64,000 nucleotides of DNA, taken from NCBI RefSeq assembly GCF_009834535.1, contig NC_045696.1:15688001-15752000 (forward strand), given 5' to 3'. Below are positions 10,861-24,910 of the stretch, piece after piece (position 1 is the stretch's first letter; the number at the start of each line of letters is the position of its first letter). The notes beneath the pieces were generated by a model. It did not search any database, was not told where the DNA came from, and was given only the letters and a program-made list of their open reading frames with translations. Position numbers and translations under genes: made by a program. The stretch comes from Camelus ferus (Eukaryota).

Positions 10861-12943
10861 AAAGGAACTGTTTAAGTGAAATAAGTCATTCCCAAAACGA
10901 TCGTGGAAAGAGGTGAGAATGCACAGCTGGGCCTGATTCCGTCCCTGAGGAACAAGAATACAACCAGGTGACAGGAGCTTCTCATGCATCGACTTAGAGG
11001 TTTCCTGCCCCTCCTCCTCATCACAGAATCGTGGGAAAGAATCAGGTCACAGTCCTACCTGCTTGACAGGTGTGTGAATCAACTGTAAAGGAGCCCCCAA
11101 CGCGTTTCTAAATGCTTTTGGAGAAGCAGAGGTCACTTTTCCAGGCTATTCCCTACGTAATTCCAGACTTCCAGCCTCCTTGAGGTTCACTCAGGGAGGC
11201 AGACTGAGAAGTACTATGTGCTTAAGATTAAAATCTCAAACAATGTGGGAAAATCTGTGACTAAATGCCAGTTTTTGTTTTGTGGCTCAACACCTTCAGC
11301 TCAGTACCCCAGACACCCACAGTCATGAAACGATTCAATATGCAAACTTCCTTTAACCCTAGATCAAAACTAGAAAGATGATCTAATCTAGAAAATGTCC
11401 TTTTTTTTTTTTTAAAGGTAAAACAGGATTAAAGCCTGAACAACATGATTTTCTTAGAGGGACTTAAGAATGTTACTATACCAGCTTCTTGTTAAAGATT
11501 TAGTGTCAGATAAAATTTCTAAAATTTTCATTTGGGAATGTTCTGTACACAGAGCTCACTCATAGTGAATATTGCTACTTATATAGCCTTTAAAAACACT
11601 TCCATTATTTCCAGAGAACAATAAAAATAAATTTTGCTGTTCTCACTGTTTAATAATAGATTTTTAATTACTGCTTATTTTTTCCTTGGGAATTGGGAGG
11701 TTTGTTTCATTTTCTGTCTACTTTATGAAAAAATAATATACTGAAGAATTTTCTTTTTCAAGGATTTGTGAACACATTCAAGAACTTGTTTCTTATGTTT
11801 GTTCAGGGGTCTTTCTAGCTATCAAGGCTTTAAAAGGAGTGTGTTAAGACAAATAGTAATTCCAAAGAAAGCCGCATTTGTCATTTTTCTCAGAAATCTC
11901 ACACAGTTGACTATTGGGTTATTTTCTTAACCTGTCTCTATGCCTTCAACTGAAATGTGTTTTAAAATGCATTTTTTCATAAATTTGAACTGATGCCTGA
12001 AAATTTTGAAAAAAAAATGTTTTTCCCCTGATCTTTTGGGGTATAAACACTACTTTGAAATGTCACCAAGACTGATCAACTAAAGTAGCCCCAGTGCAAA
12101 ATACTGACTTTTTAGGGAAAAAAAAAATGTGCTCCTTTATATGATCCTTTTTTGATTCACTCAGTTGTTCATCTACAGTGGGAAAAATGTGGTTAATATC
12201 ATAACAACTGCTTGAATATCAGAGAGGAGCAGGTTGTCTGAATTGACCCAGGTTAGTCAGATTAGATGGGAGATAATCTTCTATCCCAAAGCAATTGGAT
12301 CACCCTAAATCTTCACTTAAGGGTAATTTATTCCTTGGTGGTCGAAGGAGGGTTTTTGGCCTTTCCGACTCTCATTGAAAAGAAATTTTGCTATTTCTTT
12401 GTACCTTTCAGTATTGTTTTTCTTGATGCAAAGAGAACTGTTTTGTTTTTGGAATAGGAGAAAATATATACACACTGTTCCTACACAGGCTAATTCTTTA
12501 AGTTGCTATCAACTCATGCCTTGATGGTGATGAGCTGGCACCTAGCCAAGAACTTTGTAGGTACCTTTCAAAGCATGAGTGAGACAGAAACAGAGGAGGA
12601 AGACTGCAGAGAGCAAGACACAGAGCAAAGACTTATTTTCCCCTCATTCAAAATACTGTCTCAGGGATATCTGTTTCAGACGCATTTTCCCATGCTGCCT
12701 TCAGGAATCTAACCAAAATGACAGTAGTGAGATTTTAAAAAGTTACTTTTTTAAGGTATAGTCATATGTCCCATAAGGATAAAGAGAGTTGTAAAAGAGA
12801 CAAGAGTGGACAGGTCAAAATTGTTTTAGGTATAAGAAAACAAGACAGATGAGTGATAAAAGACTTAGCTGGCTAGAGAAAGCTAAAAGCCACCTGCCTT
12901 CCCAAAAAGCAAATCTGCTGGCTCTACAAAACAAAAAGGTTGA

Positions 12944-13066
12944 CTCAATGCCGTGTAATGACCTATAATGGAAAAGAATCTGAAAAAGAATATATGTATA
13001 TGAATCACTTTGCTGTACAAATGAAACTAACACAACACTGTAAATTAACTATACTTCAAATTTTAA
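12944..13066 (+). mobile_element. Short cetartiodactyl L1 3' tail with TSD
   Basis: TATAATGGAAAAGAATCTGAAAAAGAATAT..GAATCACTTTGCTGTACA..ACTATACTTCAA. Flanked by AAAAAGGT(T)GA / AAAAAGGTGA. Confidence 0.85.
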
Positions 13067-13610
13067 AAAAAGGTGAGGAACTGAATGTGGTGGGCAGATA
13101 GGGCTCAAAACAAAAGGGATGACTGAGATTCTCTATAAGAAGCAGTTCAATAATACATCCTTCCCCTACCCGATGCCTCAGATCTGAGCACACTCTTGAG
13201 AAGAGGTATGAACATTGGACTGAGAATAGTGGGGGCCATGTTTCTACAGTACTCTCTCCCCAGGCCTGGGCAAGAAGGAAGGAAGAGGAGGAGAGGGGGT
13301 TACTTTCCTTCCTTTTACACCACCCCATGGTATAATAATGAAGCACTGAGCTCCGCACTTGGATTTAAACAGACATCTCTCTTAGGAAGCGGTGGCATGT
13401 AATTCAAATGAGCCAATAATTAAAAAATCATTTCTATTTAGTTTTGAACTGCATTATGAGGATTGTAGCTTTTTAATTTTTTACACATTTTCTTAATTAT
13501 GGCTTGCTTTGTGCAATATTAAAATTAGTTTTAATTTCCTATCCACCTGCTGACAGAGAGTGGGGAGAGATAGTCTGAAAGTGGAATGGATGCTTAAAAA
13601 TGTAGTTGCC

Positions 13611-14543
13611 CCAAGAATATACAATGGAGAAAAGACAATGTCTTCAATAAGGAATGCTGGGAAAACTGGACAGCTACATGTAAAATAATGAAGTAAGAAC
13701 ATTCTTTAACACCATATACAAAAATAAACTTAAAATTCATTAAAGATCTAAATGTAAGACTGGATACTATACAATTCCTAGAGGAAAATATAGGCAGAAC
13801 ACTCTTTGACATAAATCACAGCAATATTTTTTTTGAACCAGCTCCTAGAGTAATGGAAACATATAAAAAGCAAAAATAAACAAATGGGACCTAATTAAAC
13901 TTAAAAGCTTTTGCACAGCTAAGGATACACACAGAATGGGAGAAAATATTTGCAAATGATGCGACCAACGAGGGACTGACTTCCAAAATATACAAACAGC
14001 TCATACACCTTAATACCAAAAACAAACAAAAAAACCAAAAAGCAAAAAAACAAAAAACCAAAAAAACCCAACCCAGTCAAAAAATGGGCAGAAGACCTAA
14101 ACAGACATTGCTTCGAAGAAGACATCCAGAAGGCTAACAGGCACATGTGAAGATGCTCAACATCGCTAATTACTAGAGAAATGCAAATCAAAATTATAAT
14201 GAGGTATCATCTCACATCAGTCAGAATGATCATCATTCAAAAGTTTACAAATAATAAATGCTGGAGAGGGTGAGGGGAAAAGGGGACCCTCCTACACTGT
14301 TGGTGGGAATGTAAATGGGTGCAGCTGCTATTCAGGACAGTATGGATGTTCCTTAAAAAACTAAAAATAGACTTAACATACGATGTTGAATTGCCGAATC
14401 CCATGCTTGGGCAGATATCCAGATAAAACTCTAATTCAAAAAGACACATGCACTCCAGTGTTCAGAGCAGCACTATTTACAATAGCCAAGACATGGAAAC
14501 AACCTAAATGTCCATCAATAGATGACTGGATAAAAAAGCTGTG

Positions 14544-14574
<31 letters not shown>

Positions 14575-15085
14575 TACACACACACACACATGCATACACT
14601 ATAAGTTGTGAGATAAAAAAAGCCACAAAAACAATAAAATAATGCCATTTGTAGCAACATGGATGGACCTGGAGATCATCATTCTAAGTGAAGTAAGCCA
14701 GAAAGAGAAAGAAAAGTACTATATCATATCATATATGGAATCTAAAAAAAAGATACAAATTAACTTATTTACAAAACTGAAACAGACTCACAGAGAACAA
14801 ACTTATGGTTACTGGGAGGAAAGGAGGTGGGAAGGGATAAACTGGGAGTTCGAGATTTACAGATACTAACCTATATATAAAACAGATAATTATGTTTCTT
14901 CTGTGTATCATAGGGAACTATATTCAATATCCTGTAGTAATCTATAATGAAAATGATATGAAAAAGAATATACGTATGTAAATGTATGACTGAAACATTG
15001 TGCTGAACACCAGAAATTGACACATTGTAAACTGACTATACTTCAATAATAATAATAAAAAGAACCAGCCTCATGATAAAAAGAA
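13611..15085 (+). mobile_element. 5'-truncated lineage-specific L1 (ORF2 C-terminus + 3' UTR)
   Basis: Clear L1 ORF2 sequence, internal (TA)n(CA)n, poly(A) signal. TSD AAAAATGTAGTTGCC (13596-13610) / AAAAATGTAGTTACC (15086-15100). Confidence 0.95.
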
Positions 15086-16139
15086 AAAAATGTAGTTACC
15101 ACAATAATGGATACTTGGTAAACAGAGTCTTTCATAAAATGTCAATTAAGTTAAATTTATACTGGTTCTCTAAGACCAGCTAATAAAATTCTAGCTATCT
15201 TAAGAATCAATAGCATTCAGTAACAATTCTAGGAATCAAGATCATTTAGGGTATATTTATTCCAAGTGAATAAAAGACACATGACTTGAGTCCACAGCAA
15301 AACAGTCACAGACAAACTTAAATGCAAGGAATGATGTCATCTAAGCCAGCTTCATCTCCTAGAACAGTGGTAAAGCTCAACAGTCAGCAATGTATATGAA
15401 ATGCTTTATCCCTAGTCCTGCTACTTAACAGATTAAAGATGCACATCCCTACACGTTAATACTGTAACATAGGAGATGTGAACCTCTATAATTAAAAAAC
15501 AAACAAACAAAAAAAACTGGCCACAAAATTTTGCAGGATTAGCAGTAACGGTTATTTGTCCCAAGTGGATTTTCATCAGTTATTGTAAACTGCCAGATGT
15601 GGTTTGGCCATCTGCATGTTTCCATGAGTCTTTTCTTATAAAGACTTCTAAAATATATGATTTCAAAAATATTTTTATCCCAAACCAGCTTACATTTAAA
15701 GAAAAATCATTTCTCCCCTTCTCATAGAGAAATGCAAATCCAAATCTCTCTCTCTGTCTTTACTTCAGTTGGGAAGAAGATGGTCACTAGATAGAAGTTC
15801 CATGGAAATAGATCAAGCTTCCTATAACGCAGGGTTTGCATTCTATATCCCTCTCTCGGACATCTTCCTTTTAAAGATAATTCTTTGTTATACGTAATTA
15901 AAGAAATAATAAAGTATGTTATGGAGAAAGGTATTATAAAATTTTTCAAATAAAGTTAATACACTTTTCCTGACATTATTTTAATGTTCAACATGTCTGT
16001 GATTTAGAGATTATTTTTCTTACTATATTCATATATGCTATTAGTTTTCATTTCTTCCTTTTTAGAGCTACTGTTAGCTTATTGTTACTATACACATGTG
16101 ATACATATATTCCTGCATATATCTGGGGTTTAAAACATG

Positions 16140-17355
16140 AATAAAAAGATGTAGGTAGGAAGACGGAAATGAGAACAAAGGAAAAGGATAACAAATAGAA
16201 AACAGTACCAAATGTGGTAAATATTAATCCAGCTATATCAATAATCATTTTGAATGTCAATGATCTAAATGAATCAAATAAAGACAGAGATCATCAGAGT
16301 GGATTAAAAAACAGGAGCCTACTGTATGTTGTCTACAAGAAACTCACTTTAAATATAAAGACATACAGATTAAAGTAAATGGATGGAGAAATACAAACCA
16401 TGCTTACACTAATCAAAAGGAAGAAAACAACAGTAGCTATATGAGTTTCAAAAAGAGCAAACTTCAAAACAAGGAATGTTATCAGGGATAAAGAAGGGCA
16501 TTGCATAATGATAAAGAGGTCAGTTCTCCAAGAAGACTTAACAATCCTTAGTACCTGTGTGCCTAACAACATAGTGTCAAACTCCATGAGGCAAATACTG
16601 ATAAAACTGCAAGGAGAAATAGATGCATCCACTATCACAGTTGAAGACTTCAAAACCCCTCTATCAGAAACAGACAGACCTCGCAGGCAGAAAATTAGTA
16701 AGAACACAGTTGAACTCAACAACAACACCATCAATGTATTGGCTATAATTGACATCTATAGACTACTTCATCTAACAACAGCAAAATACATATTCCTCTC
16801 AAGCTCACATGGAACATTCTCCAAAATAAACCACTTGCCTGGCTATAAAACACACGTTATCAAATTTAAAAAATAGAAATCATAGAATGTCTGCTTTCAG
16901 ACCACAGTAGAATTAAATGAAAATCAGTAACAGGAAGATAACTGAGAAATCCCAACATACATGGAGATTAAGCAGCATACTTCTAAATAAGATGTGGGTC
17001 AAAGAAGAAATCCCAAGAGAAATTTTAAAATATGTTGAACTACATGAAAATAAAAATACAACTTATCAAAATTGTGGATACAGAGAAAGCAGTGCTTAGA
17101 GGGAAATTTTACAGAATTCAGTGCATATAGTAGGAAAAAAAAAAAGATCTAAAATCAATCATCTAAATTTCCACATTAAGAAACTAGGGGAAAAAAGAGC
17201 AAATTAAACCCAAAGTGAGCAGAACAAAAGTAATAATAAGAGTTAGAGTAGAAATCAATAATATTGAAAACAGGAAATCAATAAAGAAAACCAATTAAAC
17301 CAAAGACTAGTCATTTGAAAAGATTAATGAAATAACTAAGCCTCTAGTCAGGCTT
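16140..17355 (+). mobile_element. Old L1 ORF2 endonuclease region (frameshifted)
   Basis: ORF 16508-16876 (MIKRSVLQEDLTIL..GEIDASTITVEDFKTPLS..FLSSSHGTFSKINH) and the upstream CCLQETH codons match the L1 APE endonuclease. Confidence 0.92.
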
Positions 17356-18367
17356 AGAGACCTGAATCTGAATCTTATCACCAGCCGCATAGGAGAAAAA
17401 AGAGATCCAAAAGGCAGCAGTGCTAGATTTCCATAGATGGTTAGTCCTATCTCTCAGTGGAAAAGGTGCCAACTAACTTTCTCAATATATCTCAAGGGGA
17501 GAAGAAAAAGAATAGAGCAGGATGAAGGGGCTCCTTCTATGGGCATGAATCTTATTCAACACATCTCTTTCTGCCATTGGGCACAAGGGACAGAAAGAAG
17601 GACCATATCCCTTTGTGCAGAATCGAAACACAATTTCACCTGCGCCACTTATAAAAGTGTCCCAACCAAGGTCATATAGTTTGACCACTCAGATCAACAG
17701 TCCATCCTCCTTGGGCAGGGGAGAAAGAGAGCTTCTTTGATAGTGGTCTTCCCATTCTACCACCACCACCCTCAACCCTACCAAACCCCTGACCTTCTCA
17801 CCCTGAATCGGCCCCCAGCAGAGAACCACTCATGCTTTCAAGATAGATAGAAATCTGGTCTTCACTAATGTAACTCCTTTATTTTGCCTCTGTAGATACT
17901 GGGAGTCAAAGAAATTAAGTAATCCCCCCAACCAGCTTATTTCTTGCCAGTGTCACCTTCACTTATCAGCACAGAGGGAGTCATCTTTATTGTACTTTGT
18001 ATCACAGTGAGAAAATTCCTTCAACGTCCCCTATTTATATGGATTCGTATAAAATTGTGAAACTTGATTCTGATAAATGAGACAATGTTATAATAGCCCA
18101 CATTTTAATACCATGAATTATGTTTTTTATACGAGGGAATCAATCACAGTCAAGATTTCCATACCTGGGATTGAAACATAAAGTATTTTTTCAAAATAAA
18201 TCAATGATTTTCTGTAATTAAGCCACATCCAGAAAGAAAATAAATAAATCAGCTGATTTTTTTTAACTGCAATTAGCCAAGATTGGGTTTTTAATTCATC
18301 ACTGTACGTTGCTAATATTATTTTAGATTTTGCTAATTTTATCAGTATTAGGAAAATGCTATGACAG

Positions 18368-18748
18368 TGTTACGGCCTGAATTGTGTACCCCCCAAAATT
18401 TATATGTTGAAACTGTATCCCCTACTGTGACTATTTGAAGGTAAGGCCTTTATGTAAGTGATTAAGGTTATATGAGGTCATAAGGGTGGGGCCAAAATCC
18501 CAAATGACTAGTGTCCTTGTAAGAAAAGGAAGAGTCACCAGAGATGTGTGCACAGGGGAGAGGCCATGTGAGGACACAACAAGAAGGTGGTCGCCTGCAA
18601 GCCAAGGACAGAGGTCTCAGGAGAAAACAACTCTTCCAACACTTTCATCTTGGACTTCAATCATCCAGAACTGTGAGAAAATCAATTTTTGTTGTTTAAG
18701 CTGCCGGTCTTAGGTATTTTATTATGGCAGCCCTAGCAGACTAATACA
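18368..18748 (+). mobile_element. MLT1B-like solo LTR
   Basis: TGTTACGGCCTGAATTGTGT..GGCCATGTGAGGACACA..CCAGAACTGTGAGAAAAT..GCAGCCCTAGCAGACTAATACA, TG..CA termini. Confidence 0.88.
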
Positions 18749-19184
18749 CACAACCATTTGCATGTCGTTGTAACCACTTCACGAATAAAAATTCTTTGCT
18801 TTGAAAGTTTTGTGCTTGGAGGGACAGGTGACACCATATACACTTTATTATAGTGTACTTAAGAAAATCAAATAAAGGAATCTGGACCTATAGCAATTGA
18901 AAAACTGAGAATGCTTCTTTTGATGGATGACAATGCTTGCTATTATTTTTGCTTGTACTCTTAGGGATAATAATATTAATTGCATAAAGTTTTAACTTTG
19001 AATTATTTTAAAAAATAAAATGCACTATTAAAAATATTTTTATTCCAGTCTCTCAATATATAATATGGAAAATGGCATACCACTTACTATTAACATTTTA
19101 AAATATTTCTATATATGTCTAACTTTCACAGAGTCAACAAATCGGGTTTCAAAGAGATATAAGAGATCATTGAATGGCAGAAAT

Positions 19185-19410
19185 AATAACTTAGGAGTAT
19201 ATACCACATGTCTTGCATGTTATTTTACTTTATTCTTACTATGATGTAAATAAGCAGAGAAAGTATGAGTGTTCCTATTTCACTGTCCTGGAAACGGAAA
19301 CTCAAAGTGGAAAAGGGTCGGCTAGAAGGAAGGACTCATTGTAAGTAGTATTATTCAGAATTAGAATCCTGATCTTGTGATGTATACTCTGCTGTTCTTC
19401 CTATTACCCC
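19185..19410 (-). mobile_element. MIR fragment
   Basis: CCTATTTCACTG..GGAAACTCAAAG..AGAATTAGAATCCTGATCT, degraded MIR core. Confidence 0.45.
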
Positions 19411-21809
19411 ATACGGACTTAGAGTTTACTCTGCTTTATTCCTAATTTTAAAAAAAACTTACATAAAATTTACTTTCCAAGTATGGTCAAATATAGACAT
19501 CCAACTAACATCCAACTTATAGTTTCTAGATTTATTTATTAATTAGACATTCTATATTTTCCTCATCCTTCCTCTGGCAAATCCATCCACCTCCACGGGT
19601 AACATAGTACAATCATTATTTTTCATGGCACATTCTCAGGGTTAGAGGAAATAGACGTTCGTTCTTATGACAAAGGAGGGGAGATAAGGGTAGTTGAAGA
19701 TAATGCTTTATTCTCTAGACCTGAAGGTCATACATCTATGAATGCCCCAAAGTGCCATGACTCTGAGCCCGTATCTACCCCTCTAGAGATTTACTAATAT
19801 CCTAACTACATCTATGAGTCTCCTGTGATCCTTTCTGAAATATTCTGGCCCTTCTCATGAAGTTGGCCACTGCTGCCTTGGCATAAGGTTGCCACTCTGC
19901 AGGCTCAGCCATTCTGGACTGGTGCCCACCACTGCTGTCACCGTGCTAAACATGTCTGACCACTTCCTGAGCCATGGAACCAAGACCAGGCTGGATCTTG
20001 TGATGCTTGACTGAAGAGTCAGTGATAATGGAGAAAATCACAACACGGAGAGAGACTACCAAACTCTGCCATATATACATGATCTCAGAGGCCCCACATT
20101 CACGTCCATTTTCAGGGTCATACAGTATTCCTAGCTGCTGGTCACACACACACAGCAGTGCCAACTTCATACCTCTACGCAGTGTTCTGACTACCATCAC
20201 ATCTCGGAGTATGGTCTCTCTGTCCCAAGACATCAACTGAAAGAAAACTCTTCCTTTCATCCTACCATGAGCTTTGCCTTCTTGACACAGGGTCTTCATT
20301 TTTCCTGGCTGATTAACTGAGGGAAAAGTCTTCTCCCTTAAGGAGAGACCCCCATCCTCACAGAGACATGGCCTTTTCCACTGGCCCCAACAGGACCATG
20401 ATATCTGGACATAGTAGCCCTGCTTCGAGTCATTTTTCAGCATCCTTGCTGTTCATTCTTTTTCTGGCTTCTTTCCAGGGTAAGTTTAAAATTATGTCTG
20501 TCTCTCTTTCCTGAAGCCCTCTTCCTCTGAGATCCTCATTCCAGAAAACAGCTGCTAAAGCAGGAATACATGCAATTGCAAAGAATAAATTACAGTACAC
20601 AAGCAGACTACATTATAAATATATTCATAAAGCAGAAACATATCTCTCAAAGAAGCAACAAAATCTGTAGAGACATGGCTTTGCCAAAAACGTACGCACA
20701 ACAGTTAAAATCACCAAAGAGACTACATAGTTTCTCAGTTTGTAACATCTGCAGTGATGTTTACATACTGAGGAAAAGAGCCAGGGCAAAAAGAAAGAGA
20801 TGCTAAAATGCAGAATAAGATACATGCAGGAAAGATTCTCTTAGGAGGACTATTACTAGGAGGTAAAAAGAGATTCAGGTCAGAACAGAAGTGGGTGGAA
20901 TCACCTCAAATGGAAGGAGACGCTGGTTGAACCTTGGGAATAGAGGTCTGGGAAAAGATTCCCAACTAAAACTGAAACCTCTGATAAGACCTTGGGAGTA
21001 GATAGGATAAAACATCAGATTTATCTCAAACCCGCCTTTGGCTCCTGGGTGGCTAGTAAATAAGCCTCTTAAGCTTCCTACATTTGAATTAACTTTGTAA
21101 AATAAAAGTATTATTGCACCCCTGCATACTTCTCACATTAAGAAATAGAAGTGGAAAACATGTGATCATCGAGGAATGGAAGATGGCAAACCTGCATTAA
21201 AATAGGTAATATCTTGTTCATAATCAAGAGGGAATTTATATGAGAAGCCTGGTATGCTGGCTGGATGACTGTAGAGCAGAGTCATTCATTCCAGTGGACA
21301 GAAGGCAGGATTTCCTCCTCATTAGCTTGAATGTCTCATGTTGAAGGCAGGTGAATCATTCAGCCTATGATATGGAACAGGGGTCAGATGTCATGAAGGA
21401 GAGTCCATGAGTCCACTAAAGCAGAACGTCACCATGTTCATTCCTCTCAGAATTAGCATAACAGATTAGAGTGGAAAGAGAGTGAGTTTTGAAATCCTCA
21501 CATCTTAATATTCTGGATCCATTGTTTACTAGCAGTGAATTAGACACATCATAAACTCCTTTAACATATGGTAGTAAAAGTGGTACTTTTCAAGGTTTTC
21601 TCTCTCATCTTAGTGAGGCAACACTTGCATGAATCACTGTCAAAGACAGAACCACAAAAACAACATTGAGGGAAAGTGTGACCAAGATGTCTGGTGGGTC
21701 TAGGTAGGAGATCAGAAGCTTGTCTACGTGGGAGGAAGCCCTTAGTTACCACTGAGATTAGAAGCCAGTCAGAGACTGGGGCAACACCACAGAACCTCTC
21801 AGCTGGAGT

Positions 21810-22990
21810 GTCCCATGACTCAGTTCTTGACCCTGTTTCTTTTTCATAGTTTCTCTCCTGGATGTCTTCACCTAGGTTCTTGATCTTAAATTCCATCTTA
21901 CTAGTTTCCTGGGGCTGCCGTAGCCTAGTACCGTCAACAAGGTGACTTAAAACAAGAAGAATTTATTGTCTTACAGTCTGGAGGCTAGAAGTTCAAAATC
22001 AAGGTGGCAGCAGGGCCACATTCCCTCTGAAACCTATAGGAGAATACTTCCTTGCATCTTGCCAGCTGCCGGTGGTTTGCAGGCAATCCTTAGCTTTCTT
22101 GGTTTGCAGCTTCATCACTCCAGTCCCTGTCTTTGTCATCCCATGGTGCTCTCTTCTTGTGTGTCTGCACCTATGCATCACCTCTCCTCTTCTTATGAAG
22201 ACACCAGTCATGATGGATTTAGAGCCCAACCTACTTCAGTATGATCTCATCCTAACTTACTAATTACACCTGCAATGACCACATTTCCAGAAAAGTTCAC
22301 ATTCTAAGGTACTGGTGGTTAGGACTTCAACATACCCTTTTGATGGGCATAATTGAACCCATAACACCATTAACATACAGGTGATTCCCAAGTTTCGTAT
22401 CTTTAGTGTCGATCCTGAACAATCTCTCAGTTGCCTACTTGGCATTTCCATTTGGATATCTAAGTAAGCATCTCAACATGTGCAAAACTTACCAACTGTC
22501 CCAAGCCCCCACCTCAAAACCTTTCCTTTCTCAGCTTTCTTCATCTAGTGAATGAGGCTAACATCTACCTCATTGTTCAATTAAAAAATCTAAAAGTAGT
22601 CTGTTGTTCCTCCCTTACCCTCATCTCTTACATATATTCTATCAACAGCTGTTTTTTGCTCTTCTGCCTCCATGATGGAAGCTGAACCATCCATTTCTCT
22701 TATCTGTTCTTCCACCACACAGGTCCAGATCACCATGAAATACAAAAACAGCCTCCAAAATTATCCTTACATCACTGTCTTTCTATAACCCATTTTTTCA
22801 AACAGCAATCAGAGTACTTTTTTAAAAAGATAATTCAAATCATGACATTCCTCTTCTTGAAACTCTCATAGTCTTCCTGCCACATTTAGAACCAATTTCT
22901 AATTACTTGCTATGACTATGGGGAGTAACAAGGCTTTAGCGCAGCACCATCATCTCATCCCACTGCCCCCTTGCTCGGCCCAGTCATGCT
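21810..22990 (+). mobile_element. L2 fragment interrupted by an MLT1C LTR
   Basis: TTAAATTCCAT | (MLT1C) | ..GTGATTCCCAAG..TTGCCTACTTGGCATTTCCATTTGGATATCTAA..CATCTCAACATGT matches L2. Confidence 0.75.
21898..22366 (-). mobile_element. MLT1C-like solo LTR
   Basis: TAGTTTCCTGGGGCTGCCGTA..CTGGAGGCTAGAAGTTCAAAATCAAGGTG..TTAGGACTTCAACATA..AACCCATAACA. 5-bp TSD CCATC/CCATT. Confidence 0.88.
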
Positions 22991-23569
22991 TGGGAGGGTC
23001 ACTGATTCCAGAAACTCTCTTGTACACATTGTCCAGAGTCCAAATATGAGGTGCTCATGAGGGTGGGGGTGGGGGTGGATGGAGTGGAGGAGGAGGGAGA
23101 GGAGATATGGGGTCTGCCCAGTTTTATATCCATTTTAAACCAGTCCTTGTTTCACCCCTCCCACTGCTTTCCACATTACCGGATACCTGCAACTTCTGAG
23201 CGTTGCAACTGGATTATCTTTTGTGGCTGCTGAAAGTATCTTTTCCCTCTGCCAGGTTAGGTACTTTCCTCAACTGACTTTTTCTACTTCACAGAATTCA
23301 TAGCAATCTCCTGCCCACATGTGTCTTGTCTCTTATTCTCTTTAGCCTTATGAATCGATCCATGTTTAATTCTGAATGTTTCTGTAGTGAAGGTAGAGAG
23401 GGAGAGTAGACACATGCAGGCAATCAATCGCGTGACTAATGGGAAGTATCCCGAGCATCAGCATGATTTCTCTATCTCAACTCTTTTATTATAAGTGACA
23501 GAAAACCTGGAGATTTGGGACAAAGTAAACACTACACCTGTATAACAACGAAGGGACGATAATTTAAAG

Positions 23570-23782
23570 CAGTGTTTCTCAAGGTCAGCTCTAGTCCAAT
23601 TTCCGAACAGACTGCTCTTCTTTGCGGGGAGCTGTCCTGTGCACTAGTAGGATACTTAGCAGCATTCCTGGTCACTACCCACCCTCTCAGTCAGGACAAA
23701 CAAAACAACTCCAGAGATTATCAGATGTCTCCTGCAGGGGGCAGTGGGGAGGGGGCATGTCTCCTAGTTGAGAATCTCTTAT
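23570..23782. mobile_element. MER20 (hAT-Charlie)
   Basis: CAGTGTTTCTCAA..GGGGAGCTGTCCTGTGCACT..TTAGCAGCATTCCTGG..CTCCAGA..GTTGAGAATC. Confidence 0.75.
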
Positions 23783-23924
23783 TTAGAGATAAATTAGAGT
23801 TCTGCTACCAGGGTAAGGAAGAGGGGGTGACAAGCACAAGACTGATTTTCCACTTCTTAATTTAATCGACAAACAGTGACTCGGAAAACCTTGCAGAGAG
23901 ACATATCCTAATTCTTTTGATCCC

Positions 23925-24317
23925 ATCAGAAGGTACAAACCTCCAGTAATAAAATAAGTAAGTCCTGGGGATGTCATGCACAGCGTGATGATGATAGTTA
24001 GTAATACTTTATTGCATAATTGAAAGTTGCTAAAAGAGTAAATCTTAAAAGTTCTCATCATGAGAAAAAAATTTTTATAATTACATATATTGATAGATGT
24101 CATTGACTTATTGTGGTGATCATTTTGCCATGCATACAAACACTGAATTATTACATTGCACACCTGAGACTAACAATATTTCTGTATCAAAAATATTAAC
24201 TATTCGAAAATGTATAACTAATTATAGATTTAAATATATAAGTAAATATTTAACATTTTAAATATTAAAAATATTTTTTAAATATTTATATATCCATTAC
24301 ACCTCAACTTTAAAAAA
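23925..24317 (+). mobile_element. L1 3' end (L1MA9-like) with an AT-rich insert
   Basis: AAGGTACAAACCTCCAGT..AAGTCCTGGGGATGT..GAAAGTTGCTAAAAGAGTAAATCTTAAAAGTTCTCATCA..ACACCTGAGACTAA. Confidence 0.85.
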
Positions 24318-24871
24318 TGCATTCAAGCCTAAATTAACCTATGCTCTCAGTAACAAGAAATCAGACCCCAGGAGAGGTGAGAAACAGAAGGAATCAAGGA
24401 GATTCAGTGGGAGGACCCCTTGGTCTTCACACCAGTGTTTCACTGTTGACGGCATTCAGTGCCTCTGCAGCGATCAGCACTTACTTTGTCTACATCGTAT
24501 AGATCATGTTATCAATTTATACTTACCACATTTTTAAAAAATATTCATTTTCCACCCACAGTATGTCAGGCACCCTTGGACACTACACCTACAGCAAAAT
24601 ATGTGATATTTAAGGCCCTTCCTTTCATGATGCTTATATTCATGTGGGGCGGCTGATAGCAAATAGTAGCCGATCAGTGAATCAGTGGGCTCTGGTGGCG
24701 AAATGTGGTAGAAAAGAATGGTGGTGGGGGAAGAAGCACGGAAGCAAGCTTAGACTGGGAAGTCAGTGAAGATCCACTAAAAAGGTGACTAGTTAGAGGA
24801 GCTCATTAAAGGTTTCTCACACGAAGTTCTGAAAAGATGACTCCGGGAGAGGAAAAGGACCAGTACCCGAT

Positions 24872-24910
<39 letters not shown>
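24872..24910. repeat. (TG)n/(CG)n microsatellite
   Basis: Alternating purine-pyrimidine tract of ~39 bp. Confidence 0.95.

Noticed and set aside
16508..16876. Endonuclease-like ORF as a host gene
   Set aside because: Fragment of a frameshifted L1 ORF2 with degenerate catalytic motifs.
19946..20443. 165-aa minus-strand ORF, the longest in the window
   Set aside because: No recognisable domain, non-ATG start and no exon structure. Probably decayed repeat or chance.
24178..24292. AT-rich quasi-palindromic insert as a functional cruciform
   Set aside because: Low-complexity expansion within an L1 tail; palindromes are expected by chance at this composition.
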